Part shown: piece after piece, positions 46,677-56,800 of the stretch
Numbering within the stretch: position 1 is the stretch's first letter
Layout of the letters: every line of letters begins with the position of its first letter
Source of the DNA: an uncultured Planctomycetales bacterium
GTDB taxonomy: Bacteria; Omnitrophota; Gorgyraeia; Zapsychrales; JAHFFX01
Assembly (NCBI GenBank): GCA_964612665.1
Contig: CAZTCI010000005.1
Span: 175,549 to 239,548, forward strand
Direction of reading: 5' to 3'
Length of the DNA: 64,000 bases
Made by a program: the position numbers and the translations under genes
The notes under the pieces: model-generated
What the model saw: the letters and a program-made list of their open reading frames with translations, nothing else
What the model was told of the DNA's origin: nothing
Databases searched by the model: none

Positions 46677-46788
46677 TGTTTTTCAGACATTGCCTTCGTT
46701 TTTTTAGAATTTGGTATAATGAAATAAACTTTTATAAAATTTTAATTAAGAAATTTGCTTTTGTCGGTTGCCAGAAAAGAGGTGAAAC

Positions 46789-47205
46789 GTGAAAATTCTT
46801 AGCGTTGAAGATAACGAAGGAGATCAATCGCTCTTGAAAGAAGCATTTGACCGGGTCAATCCAGCTGTAGAAGTGGTTTTTGCCGACAATGCTGATAAAG
46901 CTAGTGCCATTTTAAAAGAAGATAATAAAGCCAAAGATAAAGCAGGATCAATTAAATTGATTATGCTTGACCTTAATCTGCCGAGAAAAAAAGGTACGGA
47001 TTTTTTAAAGGAAGTTAAAGCAGATCCTATGTTGAAACGGATCCCAGTCGTTGTCTTGACGAGTTCAAGGGCTGCGCGGGACATTGCAGAATGTTATGAC
47101 TCTGGCGCCAGCTGTTACTTAACAAAGCCAATGAATTTTGATGAGTTTGAAAGTTTGATCCGCGCGTTTTGTCAGTTTTGGTTAAAGGAAGTTTGGTTCG
47201 TTTAA
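46789..47205 (+). CDS. stand-alone response regulator receiver (REC) domain protein
   Basis: GTG start. Acidic pocket DN...LIMLDLNLP (phospho-Asp), conserved T/S and K positions. Confidence 0.85.
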   Translation: MKILSVEDNEGDQSLLKEAFDRVNPAVEVVFADNADKASAILKEDNKAKDKAGSIKLIMLDLNLPRKKGTDFLKEVKADPMLKRIPVVVLTSSRAARDIAECYDSGASCYLTKPMNFDEFESLIRAFCQFWLKEVWFV

Positions 47206-47208
47206 TTT

Positions 47209-47242
47209 AGCCCTTTCAATCTTTGGTTGAAAGGGTTTTTGT
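47209..47242 (+). terminator. rho-independent terminator after the REC gene
   Basis: CCCTTTCAA-TCTTTGG-TTGAAAGGG gives a 9-bp perfect stem plus TTTTTGTT. Confidence 0.65.
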
Positions 47243-47243
47243 T

Positions 47244-47624
47244 ATGAATAGTTATCTAGACCTTTATCGCCAATTTGAGCTGCCAATTGAATCCTTTACT
47301 CCTGCCGTTTTAGGCACGGAATTTCGACAGGAACTAAACGCCGCCAGCAAAATATGGTTTCGCTGTGGTTATGGACAGGGAATAGTTTCCTATCTTAATT
47401 TTTTTCTTTTAAAAAATTTTATTACAACACATGACAACGCTTACCCGCCGCGTTTCCAATCATTTCGCTCGATGGCAACGTCCTTTTATCATACCGATCT
47501 TTTTATCCGCGACGTGACAGACTCAGGATTGAAACCCACTGGGGGCATTTCAGGACGGGCGGTTCGTCAGATGCTTAGTTCATTATGCATCGGCACCAGC
47601 GTATTAATATTCCTCAATGGATGA
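47244..47624 (+). CDS. hypothetical protein (possibly the N-terminal part of a frameshifted gene together with 47585..48052)
   Basis: ATG 47244 lies immediately after the terminator. The track's TTG 47223 sits inside the hairpin. No recognisable motifs. Confidence 0.35.
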   Translation: MNSYLDLYRQFELPIESFTPAVLGTEFRQELNAASKIWFRCGYGQGIVSYLNFFLLKNFITTHDNAYPPRFQSFRSMATSFYHTDLFIRDVTDSGLKPTGGISGRAVRQMLSSLCIGTSVLIFLNG

Positions 47625-48052
47625 TGAGTTATTTCGGATTTGGTCTGATTGAAATGGTTGAAAAAGTTTCGGCGCCGGTTAGCGAAGAAGAGAGCCGGCT
47701 GCATTATAATTACATGGTTAAAGTTTATCGCCTGATGGGATTGGCTTTTTCTTCCAAACGCCAGTTGATGGAAACGTTTGGCCGGCAGATTGAACAAGTT
47801 CATGCCGGCACTTCACCTGATCTTGAAAAACATGCGCGTAACATTCTTCTGTTAGGCGAAATGGTCAATGTTACTTCCGATTATGAAAATATTGCCGCGA
47901 AATTACCGGAGCACACACGTGTTGTTTTTAAAACCATATACACGCGCGTCCGGCCTTCATTGTTTAAGCGCACAGCGGCCCGGCTTTTCGGGCCGTATAT
48001 CGTTCCCAAAGCCGTCGGACAGCCCCGCGAAGCAGTCCCGGTTCAGGAATAA
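47585..48052 (+). CDS. hypothetical protein, overlaps the previous ORF by 40 nt in the -1 frame
   Basis: 155 aa, no recognisable motifs. The frame-2 ORF is closed by TAG at 47576-47578, so the overlap is limited to 47579-47624. Confidence 0.35.
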   Translation: MHRHQRINIPQWMMSYFGFGLIEMVEKVSAPVSEEESRLHYNYMVKVYRLMGLAFSSKRQLMETFGRQIEQVHAGTSPDLEKHARNILLLGEMVNVTSDYENIAAKLPEHTRVVFKTIYTRVRPSLFKRTAARLFGPYIVPKAVGQPREAVPVQE

Positions 48053-48078
48053 AGATTTTTGAAATTAAAACTTCATCC

Positions 48079-48306
48079 ATGACGAACGACAAACCGAAAA
48101 TAGAATACCGCTGCCCGCAATGCCACCGCTTTTTAATTGACCGGCGAAGAAAAAAATGCATGTGGTGCGGAGCGGCATTACCGCCTGAATTGTTGTTTAC
48201 CAACGAAGAGCTCGAAAAAATCAAGAACGAATTGGCCGAGATCCAAGAAGAACGCCGTCAAAGAGAACTCAGGGACAAAAAGATAAAAAACAAGAGAGGA
48301 GATTAG
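48079..48306 (+). CDS. zinc-ribbon protein (CPQC...CMWC) with charged C-terminal helix
   Basis: 75 aa with two CxxC pairs at the N-terminus. Confidence 0.45.
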   Translation: MTNDKPKIEYRCPQCHRFLIDRRRKKCMWCGAALPPELLFTNEELEKIKNELAEIQEERRQRELRDKKIKNKRGD

Positions 48307-48326
48307 CCGACTAGGCATTAACAGCA

Positions 48327-48995
48327 ATGAAAAAGATATTTTTATGCGTTATTGGAATAATCACTATTGCTATTGTCGTTTTTTATCATCATAAGGAACC
48401 ACAGATACCAGCGTACACCCAAGCCCGAAGTGCTTTTCTGATTCTTGATTTTCAAAACGATTTTACAAAACTTTCTGGCAAAATGCCTGTTGATCACCAT
48501 GAAGCCGAAGAGACGATCACTGCCACTAATGCGATTATTGATCATGCTCCGGCCATGAATTGGGAAGTTGTTTACATTGCCAATGCATTCTCTCCGTCGG
48601 ATTTGTTGAATTTTACACGTAAAAATGCGGCAATCAAAGGAACGGACGGCGCTAATTGGGATGAACGATTAAGAATTATTAATGCAAATTATTTCTCCAA
48701 AGACCAGCCGGATGCTTTTTCAAACCCAAAGTTGTTTGAATTTTTGGATAAACATCAGGTGAATCATTTGTATTTTTCCGGTTTGTATGCCGAGGCCTGT
48801 GTTCTGTGGACAGTCAAACATGCTTTAGCCAAAGGGTATAAAGTCACAATTATTCAAGATGCTATCGCTTCATCAACCGATCTTAAAAGACAGGCCATGA
48901 TTGAAAAGTACAAGAAAATGGGCGTTGAGGTCTTGTCACATAAAGAATTGATTTCAACAATTACGCCGGGAATTTCACTTAACCGGAAAATTTAG
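48327..48995 (+). CDS. isochorismatase-family cysteine hydrolase with N-terminal membrane anchor
   Basis: FSGLYAEACVLWTVKHALAKGYKVTIIQDA carries the catalytic Cys context of the isochorismatase/PncA family. Confidence 0.75.
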   Translation: MKKIFLCVIGIITIAIVVFYHHKEPQIPAYTQARSAFLILDFQNDFTKLSGKMPVDHHEAEETITATNAIIDHAPAMNWEVVYIANAFSPSDLLNFTRKNAAIKGTDGANWDERLRIINANYFSKDQPDAFSNPKLFEFLDKHQVNHLYFSGLYAEACVLWTVKHALAKGYKVTIIQDAIASSTDLKRQAMIEKYKKMGVEVLSHKELISTITPGISLNRKI

Positions 48996-49012
48996 TAAGC
49001 GAAAGGAAACTT

Positions 49013-49441
49013 ATGCCAGACATTCTTCACCGTGTTGGAATTAAAGTCAGCCCCAAAGAAGTTTATAAAGCGCTTAGCACAATCGATGGGCTTTCGCATT
49101 GGTGGATTTCAACGACGAAAGGAAATCCTAAAGAAAACGGCACGATCGACTTTGGATTTTCCAAAATGAAAGTGGTCGTCCTAAAACCCGACCAGTTGGT
49201 GAAATGGGAATGTGTTGAAGGACCTAAAGAATGGCTAGGGACAACCATAACCTTTAAGCTCACGCCTAAAGGTGAACAAACGTTTGTCCTTTTCACTCAC
49301 GCCAAATGGAAAGAGCCCATCGAGTTCATGCATCATTGCAGTACGAAGTGGGCGGTTTTTCTTTTGAGTTTGAAAAATTGGCTGGAAAGAAACGAAGGCC
49401 GTCCGGCGCCTTATGACGTTAAGATCCACCTGGGAGACTAA
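49013..49441 (+). CDS. SRPBCC-superfamily protein (AHSA1/Activator-of-Hsp90-ATPase-like)
   Basis: 142 aa with the beta-grip pattern and a WW-containing helix (LSHWWIST). Confidence 0.6.
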   Translation: MPDILHRVGIKVSPKEVYKALSTIDGLSHWWISTTKGNPKENGTIDFGFSKMKVVVLKPDQLVKWECVEGPKEWLGTTITFKLTPKGEQTFVLFTHAKWKEPIEFMHHCSTKWAVFLLSLKNWLERNEGRPAPYDVKIHLGD

Positions 49442-49522
49442 ACGGGTTAGTTCATGAGAGTGTTCCGCGGGGTGAGGAATTCTAAGTCTCATGATTGGAA
49501 GTTCTGCATGCAAGGAGGAATT

Positions 49523-50266
49523 ATGAAAAGGATATTCTTTTCGATCACGAGTTTAACTTTAATGACACAATTATTTCTCTTTTGGCCAACCTACAAAGCC
49601 AATGCGTCTCCTCTTGATTGGATTAATAATAAAATAAACACAGCCACAACAACTAAACTGAGCGACACGCAGGTCGGCGCAGGATTAAAAGAGGCGCTTC
49701 GCGTTGGGATTGAAAATACAATTAAACTTCTTGGCAAACAAGACGGTTATTTGGGAAATCAAACCGTTAAGATTTTGCTGCCTAAAAATATCCAAAATAT
49801 TGAGCCTGCTTTGCGAAAGTTAGGATTTGGTTCTCAAATCGATCAATTTATCTTAAGCATGAACCGTGCCGCCGAGAAATCAGCCCCCTTGGCCGCTGAT
49901 CTTTTTGCCTCGGCGATCAGTGACATGACAATCGATGATGCCAATAAGATTTTAAACGGCAGCAATACCGCCGCCACCGAGTACCTCAAAAATAAAACCT
50001 ATTCAAAACTTCTAGAAAAGTTTCTGCCTTCCATCCATCAGGCGATGGATAATTATGCGGTTACAAAACAATACCAACAAATCGCTGATAAAATCGTAAC
50101 AATTCCTTTCTTAAATAAAATGGCCACTAATGTTGATATTAACAATTACGTGGCTTCGACAGCGCTGGATGGATTATTTAAAGTCTTGGGCGAGCAGGAA
50201 GCCACAATCCGCACCAACCCTTCGGCGCGTGTGACGGATTTATTAAAACAAATTTTTAAAAAATAG
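49523..50266 (+). CDS. DUF4197 family secreted protein
   Basis: AGGAGG lies before ATG 49523. Signal peptide. QVGAGLKEALRVGIEN is the DUF4197 signature. Confidence 0.6.
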   Translation: MKRIFFSITSLTLMTQLFLFWPTYKANASPLDWINNKINTATTTKLSDTQVGAGLKEALRVGIENTIKLLGKQDGYLGNQTVKILLPKNIQNIEPALRKLGFGSQIDQFILSMNRAAEKSAPLAADLFASAISDMTIDDANKILNGSNTAATEYLKNKTYSKLLEKFLPSIHQAMDNYAVTKQYQQIADKIVTIPFLNKMATNVDINNYVASTALDGLFKVLGEQEATIRTNPSARVTDLLKQIFKK

Positions 50267-50319
50267 AAAGCGACATAAAAAAATTAAAAGAGGCGTACGA
50301 ACAAGAATAGGAGCGAACT

Positions 50320-50742
50320 ATGAAAAATCTGAATACATATTTAATCTTTAACGGCGACTGCCGTCGGGCCATGGAATTTTATAAAAAATGTTTGGGCGGT
50401 GAACTGCAGATGATGACTTATGCTGACGCACCGGGTGCTTGTTCAGCGCCGGATTTTCCAAAAGAAGCCAAATATTGGATCATCCATGCACGGCTTTCAA
50501 CTGGTTCTGGCGTTCTTATGGCCTCTGACACGCGGCCCGGAATGCCTGTTCAACAAGGAAACAACTTTTTTATATCCATTGATTGCGAAAATCAGAAGGA
50601 AGCGGAAAAATTCTTTAACGCCTTGGGTGAAAAAGGAAATATTGATTTGCCGCTGCAGGAAACTTTTTTCGCGATCCGCTTTGGGATGCTGACGGACCAG
50701 TTTGGCATTAAGTGGATGGTGAACTTAGGGAAAACGAAGTAA
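50320..50742 (+). CDS. VOC/glyoxalase-fold protein (PhnB-like)
   Basis: 140 aa. YLIFNGDCRRAMEFYKKCLGGEL...IKWMVN matches the PhnB-like family. Confidence 0.7.
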   Translation: MKNLNTYLIFNGDCRRAMEFYKKCLGGELQMMTYADAPGACSAPDFPKEAKYWIIHARLSTGSGVLMASDTRPGMPVQQGNNFFISIDCENQKEAEKFFNALGEKGNIDLPLQETFFAIRFGMLTDQFGIKWMVNLGKTK

Positions 50743-50762
50743 GGTATTAATAGATTAATAAA

Positions 50763-51908
50763 TTAATAACGCGGGACAGCTGGATCAATTTCTTCAGACC
50801 ATGCGTCGATGCCTCCCGTTACATTGATGAGCTTTGAATAGCCTTGCGATTTTAAAAATTCGATCGCCCTTGCGCTGCGTCCGCCGACTTTACAATAGCA
50901 ATAGACTGTTTTGTCTTTAGGAATGTCGCGGTAATTTTCGGCCAATGTGCTTAACGGTTTAAGGTGAGCGCCTTTGATGCGGGCGATGTTCCATTCAATC
51001 TGTTCGCGCACGTCGAGTAAATAAAGGTTTGGTTCTTTGTCACGTAATTTTTTTAATTCCCGCACGCTAATTTCGGTAAGAGCGTTTTCCGTCTGAGTTT
51101 GAAGGGAGCACTGTTGTCTGTATTCTTCTAATGAGCGGATTGTGGGATGGGTTCCGCAAAGCGGGCATTCTGGGTCTTTTTTAATTTTAATTTCGCGCCA
51201 CCGGGCGCTGAGTGCGTCAAAAATGAGAAGCCGTCCCAAAAGCGGTTCGCCAATTTTGCAAATCAATTTAACGGCTTCATTCGCCTGCATGAGTCCGATG
51301 ATTCCAGGTACAACGCCGATCACACCGGCTTCCGCACAAGACGGCATCGCCTCCGGTGGTGGAGGTTCGCGAAAGATGCAACGGTAACAAGGGCCGCCTA
51401 CGCCAAACACACTTAATTGCCCTTCAAATTGATGAACACCGCCAAAGATAAAGTTTTTCTTTAAAAAGAAACACGCGTCATTAATCAAGTAGCGCGACGG
51501 AAGATTGTCAGTCCCATCGATAATCAAATCATAATCGTTAAAAATGGTTTGAACATTTCCAGCATTAAGTCTTTTTTGGTAAGTGATGATATTGACTTCA
51601 GGATTGATTTGTTTAAGTTTTTCCTGGGCCGAAATAACTTTGGGTTTGTCGATATCGGATGTGTAGTGAAGAATCTGGCGGTGAAGATTGGATAAGGAAA
51701 CCGCATCAGCATCAATGAGGCCGAGTGTTCCAACACCCGCAGCAGCCAGATAAATCGATGGTGATGAGCCAAGACCGCCGACACCGACGATGAGCAGTCG
51801 CGCTTTTTTTAGCCGCAGCTGGCCTTCCTGTCCAATCATCGGCAAGATAGTTTGACGCGCATAACGGATTTGTTCTTCAGGAGAAAAATGATCGTCTGCT
51901 TTTTTCAT
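50763..51908 (-). CDS. moeB: MoeB/ThiF-type E1 adenylyltransferase fused to C-terminal rhodanese domain (MoeZ/MOCS3-like)
   Basis: GVGGLGS nucleotide-binding loop, CxxC pair (CYRC...CPLC) and a rhodanese active-site Cys (CYCKVGGRS). Confidence 0.85.
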   Translation of the reverse strand: MKKADDHFSPEEQIRYARQTILPMIGQEGQLRLKKARLLIVGVGGLGSSPSIYLAAAGVGTLGLIDADAVSLSNLHRQILHYTSDIDKPKVISAQEKLKQINPEVNIITYQKRLNAGNVQTIFNDYDLIIDGTDNLPSRYLINDACFFLKKNFIFGGVHQFEGQLSVFGVGGPCYRCIFREPPPPEAMPSCAEAGVIGVVPGIIGLMQANEAVKLICKIGEPLLGRLLIFDALSARWREIKIKKDPECPLCGTHPTIRSLEEYRQQCSLQTQTENALTEISVRELKKLRDKEPNLYLLDVREQIEWNIARIKGAHLKPLSTLAENYRDIPKDKTVYCYCKVGGRSARAIEFLKSQGYSKLINVTGGIDAWSEEIDPAVPRY

Positions 51909-52052
51909 AGATGAATTAGTATAAACATCACAAAGACAAATTCAAAGTTAAAATTTACCGTAGATTAACAAGAAATGAAATTGTATAATCCAATTAATCC
52001 TGAAAATTTTATTTTAAGGTGACAGTGATAATTAAGAAAAACGGAGGTCCTA

Positions 52053-53237
52053 ATGAATAAAGTAAGAGTTTTAGTGGGTACTCGTAAGGGTGGATTTATT
52101 TTGACATCCGACGGAAAACGCAAGAAATGGAACGTTGCCGGTCCGTATTTCGGCGGATGGGAAATTTATCATATGAAAGGTTCAAGCGTTGATCCCAATC
52201 GGATTTACGCTTCGCAATCAAGCGGATGGTTCGGACAAATTATTCAGCGTTCCGATGATGGCGGAAAAACTTGGCACCAACCCGGCACGCCGCCCGGTGA
52301 GTCCACTACAACGCCGGAAGGATTTCCAAAAGGTGAAAGCAACAAATTTGTTTATGATAGTTCAGCTAAAACGGGTAAACCCTTAACAACTCATCAATGG
52401 TACGACGGCACGCAGCATCCGTGGGAATTTAAACGCGTCTGGCATTTGGAACCATCATTGACTGACCCGAATATGGTTTATGCCGGCGTTGAAGACGCGG
52501 CGTTGTTCTATACAAAAGACGGCGGTAAGTCCTGGCATGAACTCGCTGGTTTGCGCGGCCATGGCACGGGACCGAAATGGGCGCCGGGCGCGGGTGGTAT
52601 GTGTTTGCATACAATTCTTTTAGATCCTAAAAATCCTGGACGGATTTATATCGCGATTTCGTCGGCGGGGGCTTTCCGTTCAGATGACAGCGGTAAAACT
52701 TGGCAGCCCATCAACCGTGGATTAAAATCAAATTACATTCCTGATCCCAACGCTGAGGTCGGTCATTGCGTCCATCGGATCGCCATGCATCCAGACCGTC
52801 CCGATGTTTTATACATGCAAAAGCATTGGGATGTTATGCGCAGCGATAAGAAAGGTGACTCGTGGCATGAAGTGAGCGGTAATTTACCGACGGACTTCGG
52901 ATTTCCCATTGAAGTCCATGCCCACGAACCAGAAACAATTTATGTCGTCCCAATCAAAAGTGACGGCGAACATTATCCCCTTGAAGGAAAATTGCGCGTC
53001 TACCGCAGCCGTACCGGCGGCAACGAATGGGAAGCGTTGACCAAAGGTTTGCCGCAGCGTGATTGTTACGTGAATATTTTGCGCGACGCGATGACGGTTG
53101 ATCAACTTGATTCCTGCGGCGTTTATTTTGGAACAACCGGCGGGCAGGTTTACTTTTCACCGGATAGTGGGGATAACTGGGAAGCGATCGTTCACGATCT
53201 TCCTGCGGTTTTGTCAGTTGAAGTACAGACTTATTAA
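52053..53237 (+). CDS. BNR/Asp-box repeat beta-propeller protein (Ycf48-like/sialidase-like fold)
   Basis: Four Asp-boxes [32 protein letters not shown]. Confidence 0.7.
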   Translation: MNKVRVLVGTRKGGFILTSDGKRKKWNVAGPYFGGWEIYHMKGSSVDPNRIYASQSSGWFGQIIQRSDDGGKTWHQPGTPPGESTTTPEGFPKGESNKFVYDSSAKTGKPLTTHQWYDGTQHPWEFKRVWHLEPSLTDPNMVYAGVEDAALFYTKDGGKSWHELAGLRGHGTGPKWAPGAGGMCLHTILLDPKNPGRIYIAISSAGAFRSDDSGKTWQPINRGLKSNYIPDPNAEVGHCVHRIAMHPDRPDVLYMQKHWDVMRSDKKGDSWHEVSGNLPTDFGFPIEVHAHEPETIYVVPIKSDGEHYPLEGKLRVYRSRTGGNEWEALTKGLPQRDCYVNILRDAMTVDQLDSCGVYFGTTGGQVYFSPDSGDNWEAIVHDLPAVLSVEVQTY

Positions 53238-53271
53238 CTTAAGAACAATTTTATTTGCAAAGGAAACTTAA

Positions 53272-53568
53272 ATGATCCGGGTCGTTTTCCCACCACATTT
53301 ACGCACGCTGGCTGCCATTGATGGTGAAGTGACGCTTGAAGTCAAAGGCAAGCCAACGCAGCGCTCGATTCTTGACGCGCTTGAGTTTCGTTATCCGATG
53401 CTTTGTGGAACAATCCGTGATCATGCCACCCAAAAGCGCCGGCCGTTTTTGCGCTTTTTTGCTTGCGGCGAAGATATCTCCCTCGAACCGCCTGACGCTC
53501 CGGTGCCTGAGGCCGTGGCGTCGGGACGAGAGCCATTTCTGATTGTTGGTGCGGTCGCTGGCGGATAG
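53272..53568 (+). CDS. MoaD/ThiS-family ubiquitin-like sulfur carrier protein (C-terminal Gly-Gly)
   Basis: 98 aa ending ...[11 protein letters not shown]. The beta-grasp pattern [24 protein letters not shown] resembles MoaD (MIKVLFFAQ...EVAFFPPVTGG). Confidence 0.6.
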   Translation: MIRVVFPPHLRTLAAIDGEVTLEVKGKPTQRSILDALEFRYPMLCGTIRDHATQKRRPFLRFFACGEDISLEPPDAPVPEAVASGREPFLIVGAVAGG

Positions 53569-53837
53569 TTTTATTGGCCTTTTCCTTTCCAAGGAGAGTT
53601 TTTCATTCTTATCATCCAATGGAAAAGGCCTAATACATGGCTTCCCTAATAAAGTTTTGAGGAAGCCAGTACTGTTTTCCTCCAGCTCTCTTAAGAAAAA
53701 ACTAGTATTGACTTTTGTTTCTTCCTTTCGATTCACAAAAGTCAAGAGAAAAAATATTGGATTATTCTTAATATCAAGTAAAAATTTTACAATTGTGCCT
53801 CAGGGAAGCCGTATAATTCATCAAAACTTTACCAGTT

Positions 53838-56800
53838 ATGTTCAAAATTCAGAATAAACCACCTTTACATATTGAAGAGAAAGACTTAAACAAGATTTTT
53901 ACACTGATTTTAAAATCGACCGGTCTTGATCTTCGCTATTATAAACCGCCCACCATCAGACGTCGCATTACAAGGCAGATTGTCTCCCATAAATTTAAAT
54001 CTGTGCAGCAGTATATCGTTTACCTTAAAAAACATCCCTCCGAGATTAATTTACTTTCCCAAGATGTCCTTATCAAAGTGACAAGTTTTTTTCGTGATCC
54101 CGATGTCTTTAAAACGCTTTGCGCGGATGTTTTCACAAAACTGCTGACAAGTGTCCCGAGCGACAAACCCATTCGTATTTGGGTTCCGGGTTGCTGCACA
54201 GGTGAAGAAGTGTATTCGATCACCATCAGTGTGATGGAATGTTTGGAAGCTAAAAAAGCGACCCATAAGCCTATTCAAATATTCGGGACTGATGTCAGCG
54301 AAGCCGCGCTTGAAAAGGCAAGGATAGGTCTTTATTCGGACGCTATCAGCAAAACAGTTTCTAAAGAACGCTTGACTAGATTCTTTAACAAGGTTGAAGG
54401 CGGTTACCAAATCCACAAAAATATAAGGGCCATGTGCACGTTTGCCAAACAGAACATCGCCCAAGACCCGCCGTTTTCAAAACTTGATTTAATCAGCTGC
54501 CGCAATGTGCTTATTTATTTAAGCATGGATTTGCAAAATAAAATTTTTCCAATTTTTCATTACGCGTTAAATCCGTCGGGATTTTTACTTTTAGGAAAGT
54601 CTGAAACCATCGGAAGCTTTTTCCCTGAACTTTTTGCGCCCTATCAAAGACATTACAATATCTACACAAAGAAAACGGCGCCCCTCAGACCCGCATTCAG
54701 TTTTCGTCAAAGTCTTCAAGATTTAAAAAATAATTTATCCGGCGTAACAGTCAAGCCTAGCCTTGAGACAAAAGAGACAGATATTCAAAAAGAAATGGAC
54801 AGGATTCTTTTAAATCGAATGAGTCCTGCGGCTGTTTTGGTCAATGAATCCATGGAAATCGTCCAGGCGAGGGGCGATCTAACGCCTTATATAAAGGTAG
54901 CCCCGGGCAAGATGAGTATCAATGTTCTTAAGATGGCGAGAGAAGGTCTGATGATTGAACTGCGTCTTGCGATAGAACAGGCCAAGAAAAAAAAGCGGTT
55001 GGTTAGAAAGAATGATATCGAAATCAAAGAAGGAAAAAAATCAATACGCATCAATATCGAAGTTATGCCTGTGGTCAATCCGATCTTAAGGGAGCAATAC
55101 CTTTTAATTCTTTTTGAAAAACAAAGGCCTTATGAAGTGAAAATGGATGATAACAAAAGAGTCTCTCTCGCAAAAAGATCCAATGTGATTCAAGACACTT
55201 CTCGCATTAAACAAGAGCTCACCGCAACTCGGGCTTACCTTGAAACCATATTGGAAGATCATGAAGTGGCCAATCAAGAGCTGCGTTCAGCCAATGAGGA
55301 AATCCTTTCAAGCAATGAAGAATTGCAAAGCACGAACGAAGAATTAGAAACCGCCAAAGAAGAACTCGAATCCACCAATGAAGAAATCACAACCATCAAT
55401 GAAGAACTAGCAAGCCGTAATGAAGAATTAAAGAAAGCGCATGAAGAGCTTGAAGGGCGTGTGAAAGAAAGGACCGCTGAGCTGGCTTCGGCGTATCAAG
55501 CTTTAAAAGAGAATGAACAACTATTAAGTCTCGTCGCTAATTCCGTTCCAGCCCTCATTGCTTACGTGGATAAGAATGGCCGTTATCTATTTACCAATAA
55601 AACTTATGAGGATTGGTTCAATATTAGTACGAAGAACATCAAGGGTAAACATATGAGGGAGATCATTGGTGAAAAAGCATTTAAAGCCATTCGCCCTTAC
55701 GTTGACCGCGCGCTTCTCGGCGAGACGGTCTCTTTTACAGATAAAGTTATCTACAAAAAAAGAGGTGAACGGTACGTTCAGGCTACCTACATTCCTGGAA
55801 AAGATGATAAGGGAAATGTTATAAGCTTTTTTGTATTACTGAATGACGTGACTGAAATCAAGACGATTGAAGAGGCCTTGCGCGAAAGCCAAGGGCAGTT
55901 GAAGATTGAAGTTTCGGCGTTAGCGCGTTTGCATCAGTTAAGCATCCGGCTTTGGCAGACATCAGATTTGCAGGCAGGGTTGGAAGAAATGTTGGGCGCA
56001 TCCATTGCCTTGCTTGGCGCTGATATGGGGAATATTCAATTGTTGAATATAGAAAAATCGGTGTTGAAAATTGCGGTGCAGCGGGGATTCAAAAAAGATT
56101 TTCTCGATTTCTTTCAAGAAGTTTCTACGGCCGATGATTCAGCTTGCGGCCGCAGTTTGCGCACGCAAAAGAGAACAGTTATTGAAGATGTTCAAGCTGA
56201 CCCTGATTATAAGCCATATCAACATATAGCCGCGATGGCTGGTTACCGTGCGGTTCAATCGACACCACTGATCGGCAAGGACGGCACGCCTTTGGGCATG
56301 TTGTCGACGCACTTTCGCCATCCGCACCGGCCTTCGGAGCAGGAATTGCGCCGGATGGATCTTTACGCGCGTCAGGCAGCAGACTTCATTGAACGTCAAA
56401 ACGCTGAAAAAGCAACGGCTTATCTGGCGTCCATTGTAGCTTCTTCTTCAGATGCCATCATCAGTAAAACGTTGGAAGGTATTGTCACGAGCTGGAACAA
56501 TGCAGCTCAGGAAATGTATGGTTACACGGCTGATGAAATGATTGGCAAATCGATTCTGAAATTAATTCCCCAAGAACGGCATTCAGAAGAAGAAAAAATT
56601 CTAAAAAAAATCCGAAAAGGTGAGCGCATTGAACATTATGAAACAGTGCGGAAAAGAAAAAATGGAAGTTTTATTGAAGTGTCACTGACCGTATCACCGA
56701 TTAAAAATAACTCTGGCCAAATTATCGGGGCCTCCAAAATCGCACGTGACATCACTGAACGCAAGCGCGCCGAAAGCGCTTTGCGTGAGTCTGAAGAACG

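Noticed and set aside
53299-53745. 148-aa minus-strand ORF antisense to the MoaD-like gene
   Set aside because: The plus-strand 98-aa product has the beta-grasp pattern and terminal Gly-Gly. The minus ORF is basic and low-complexity.
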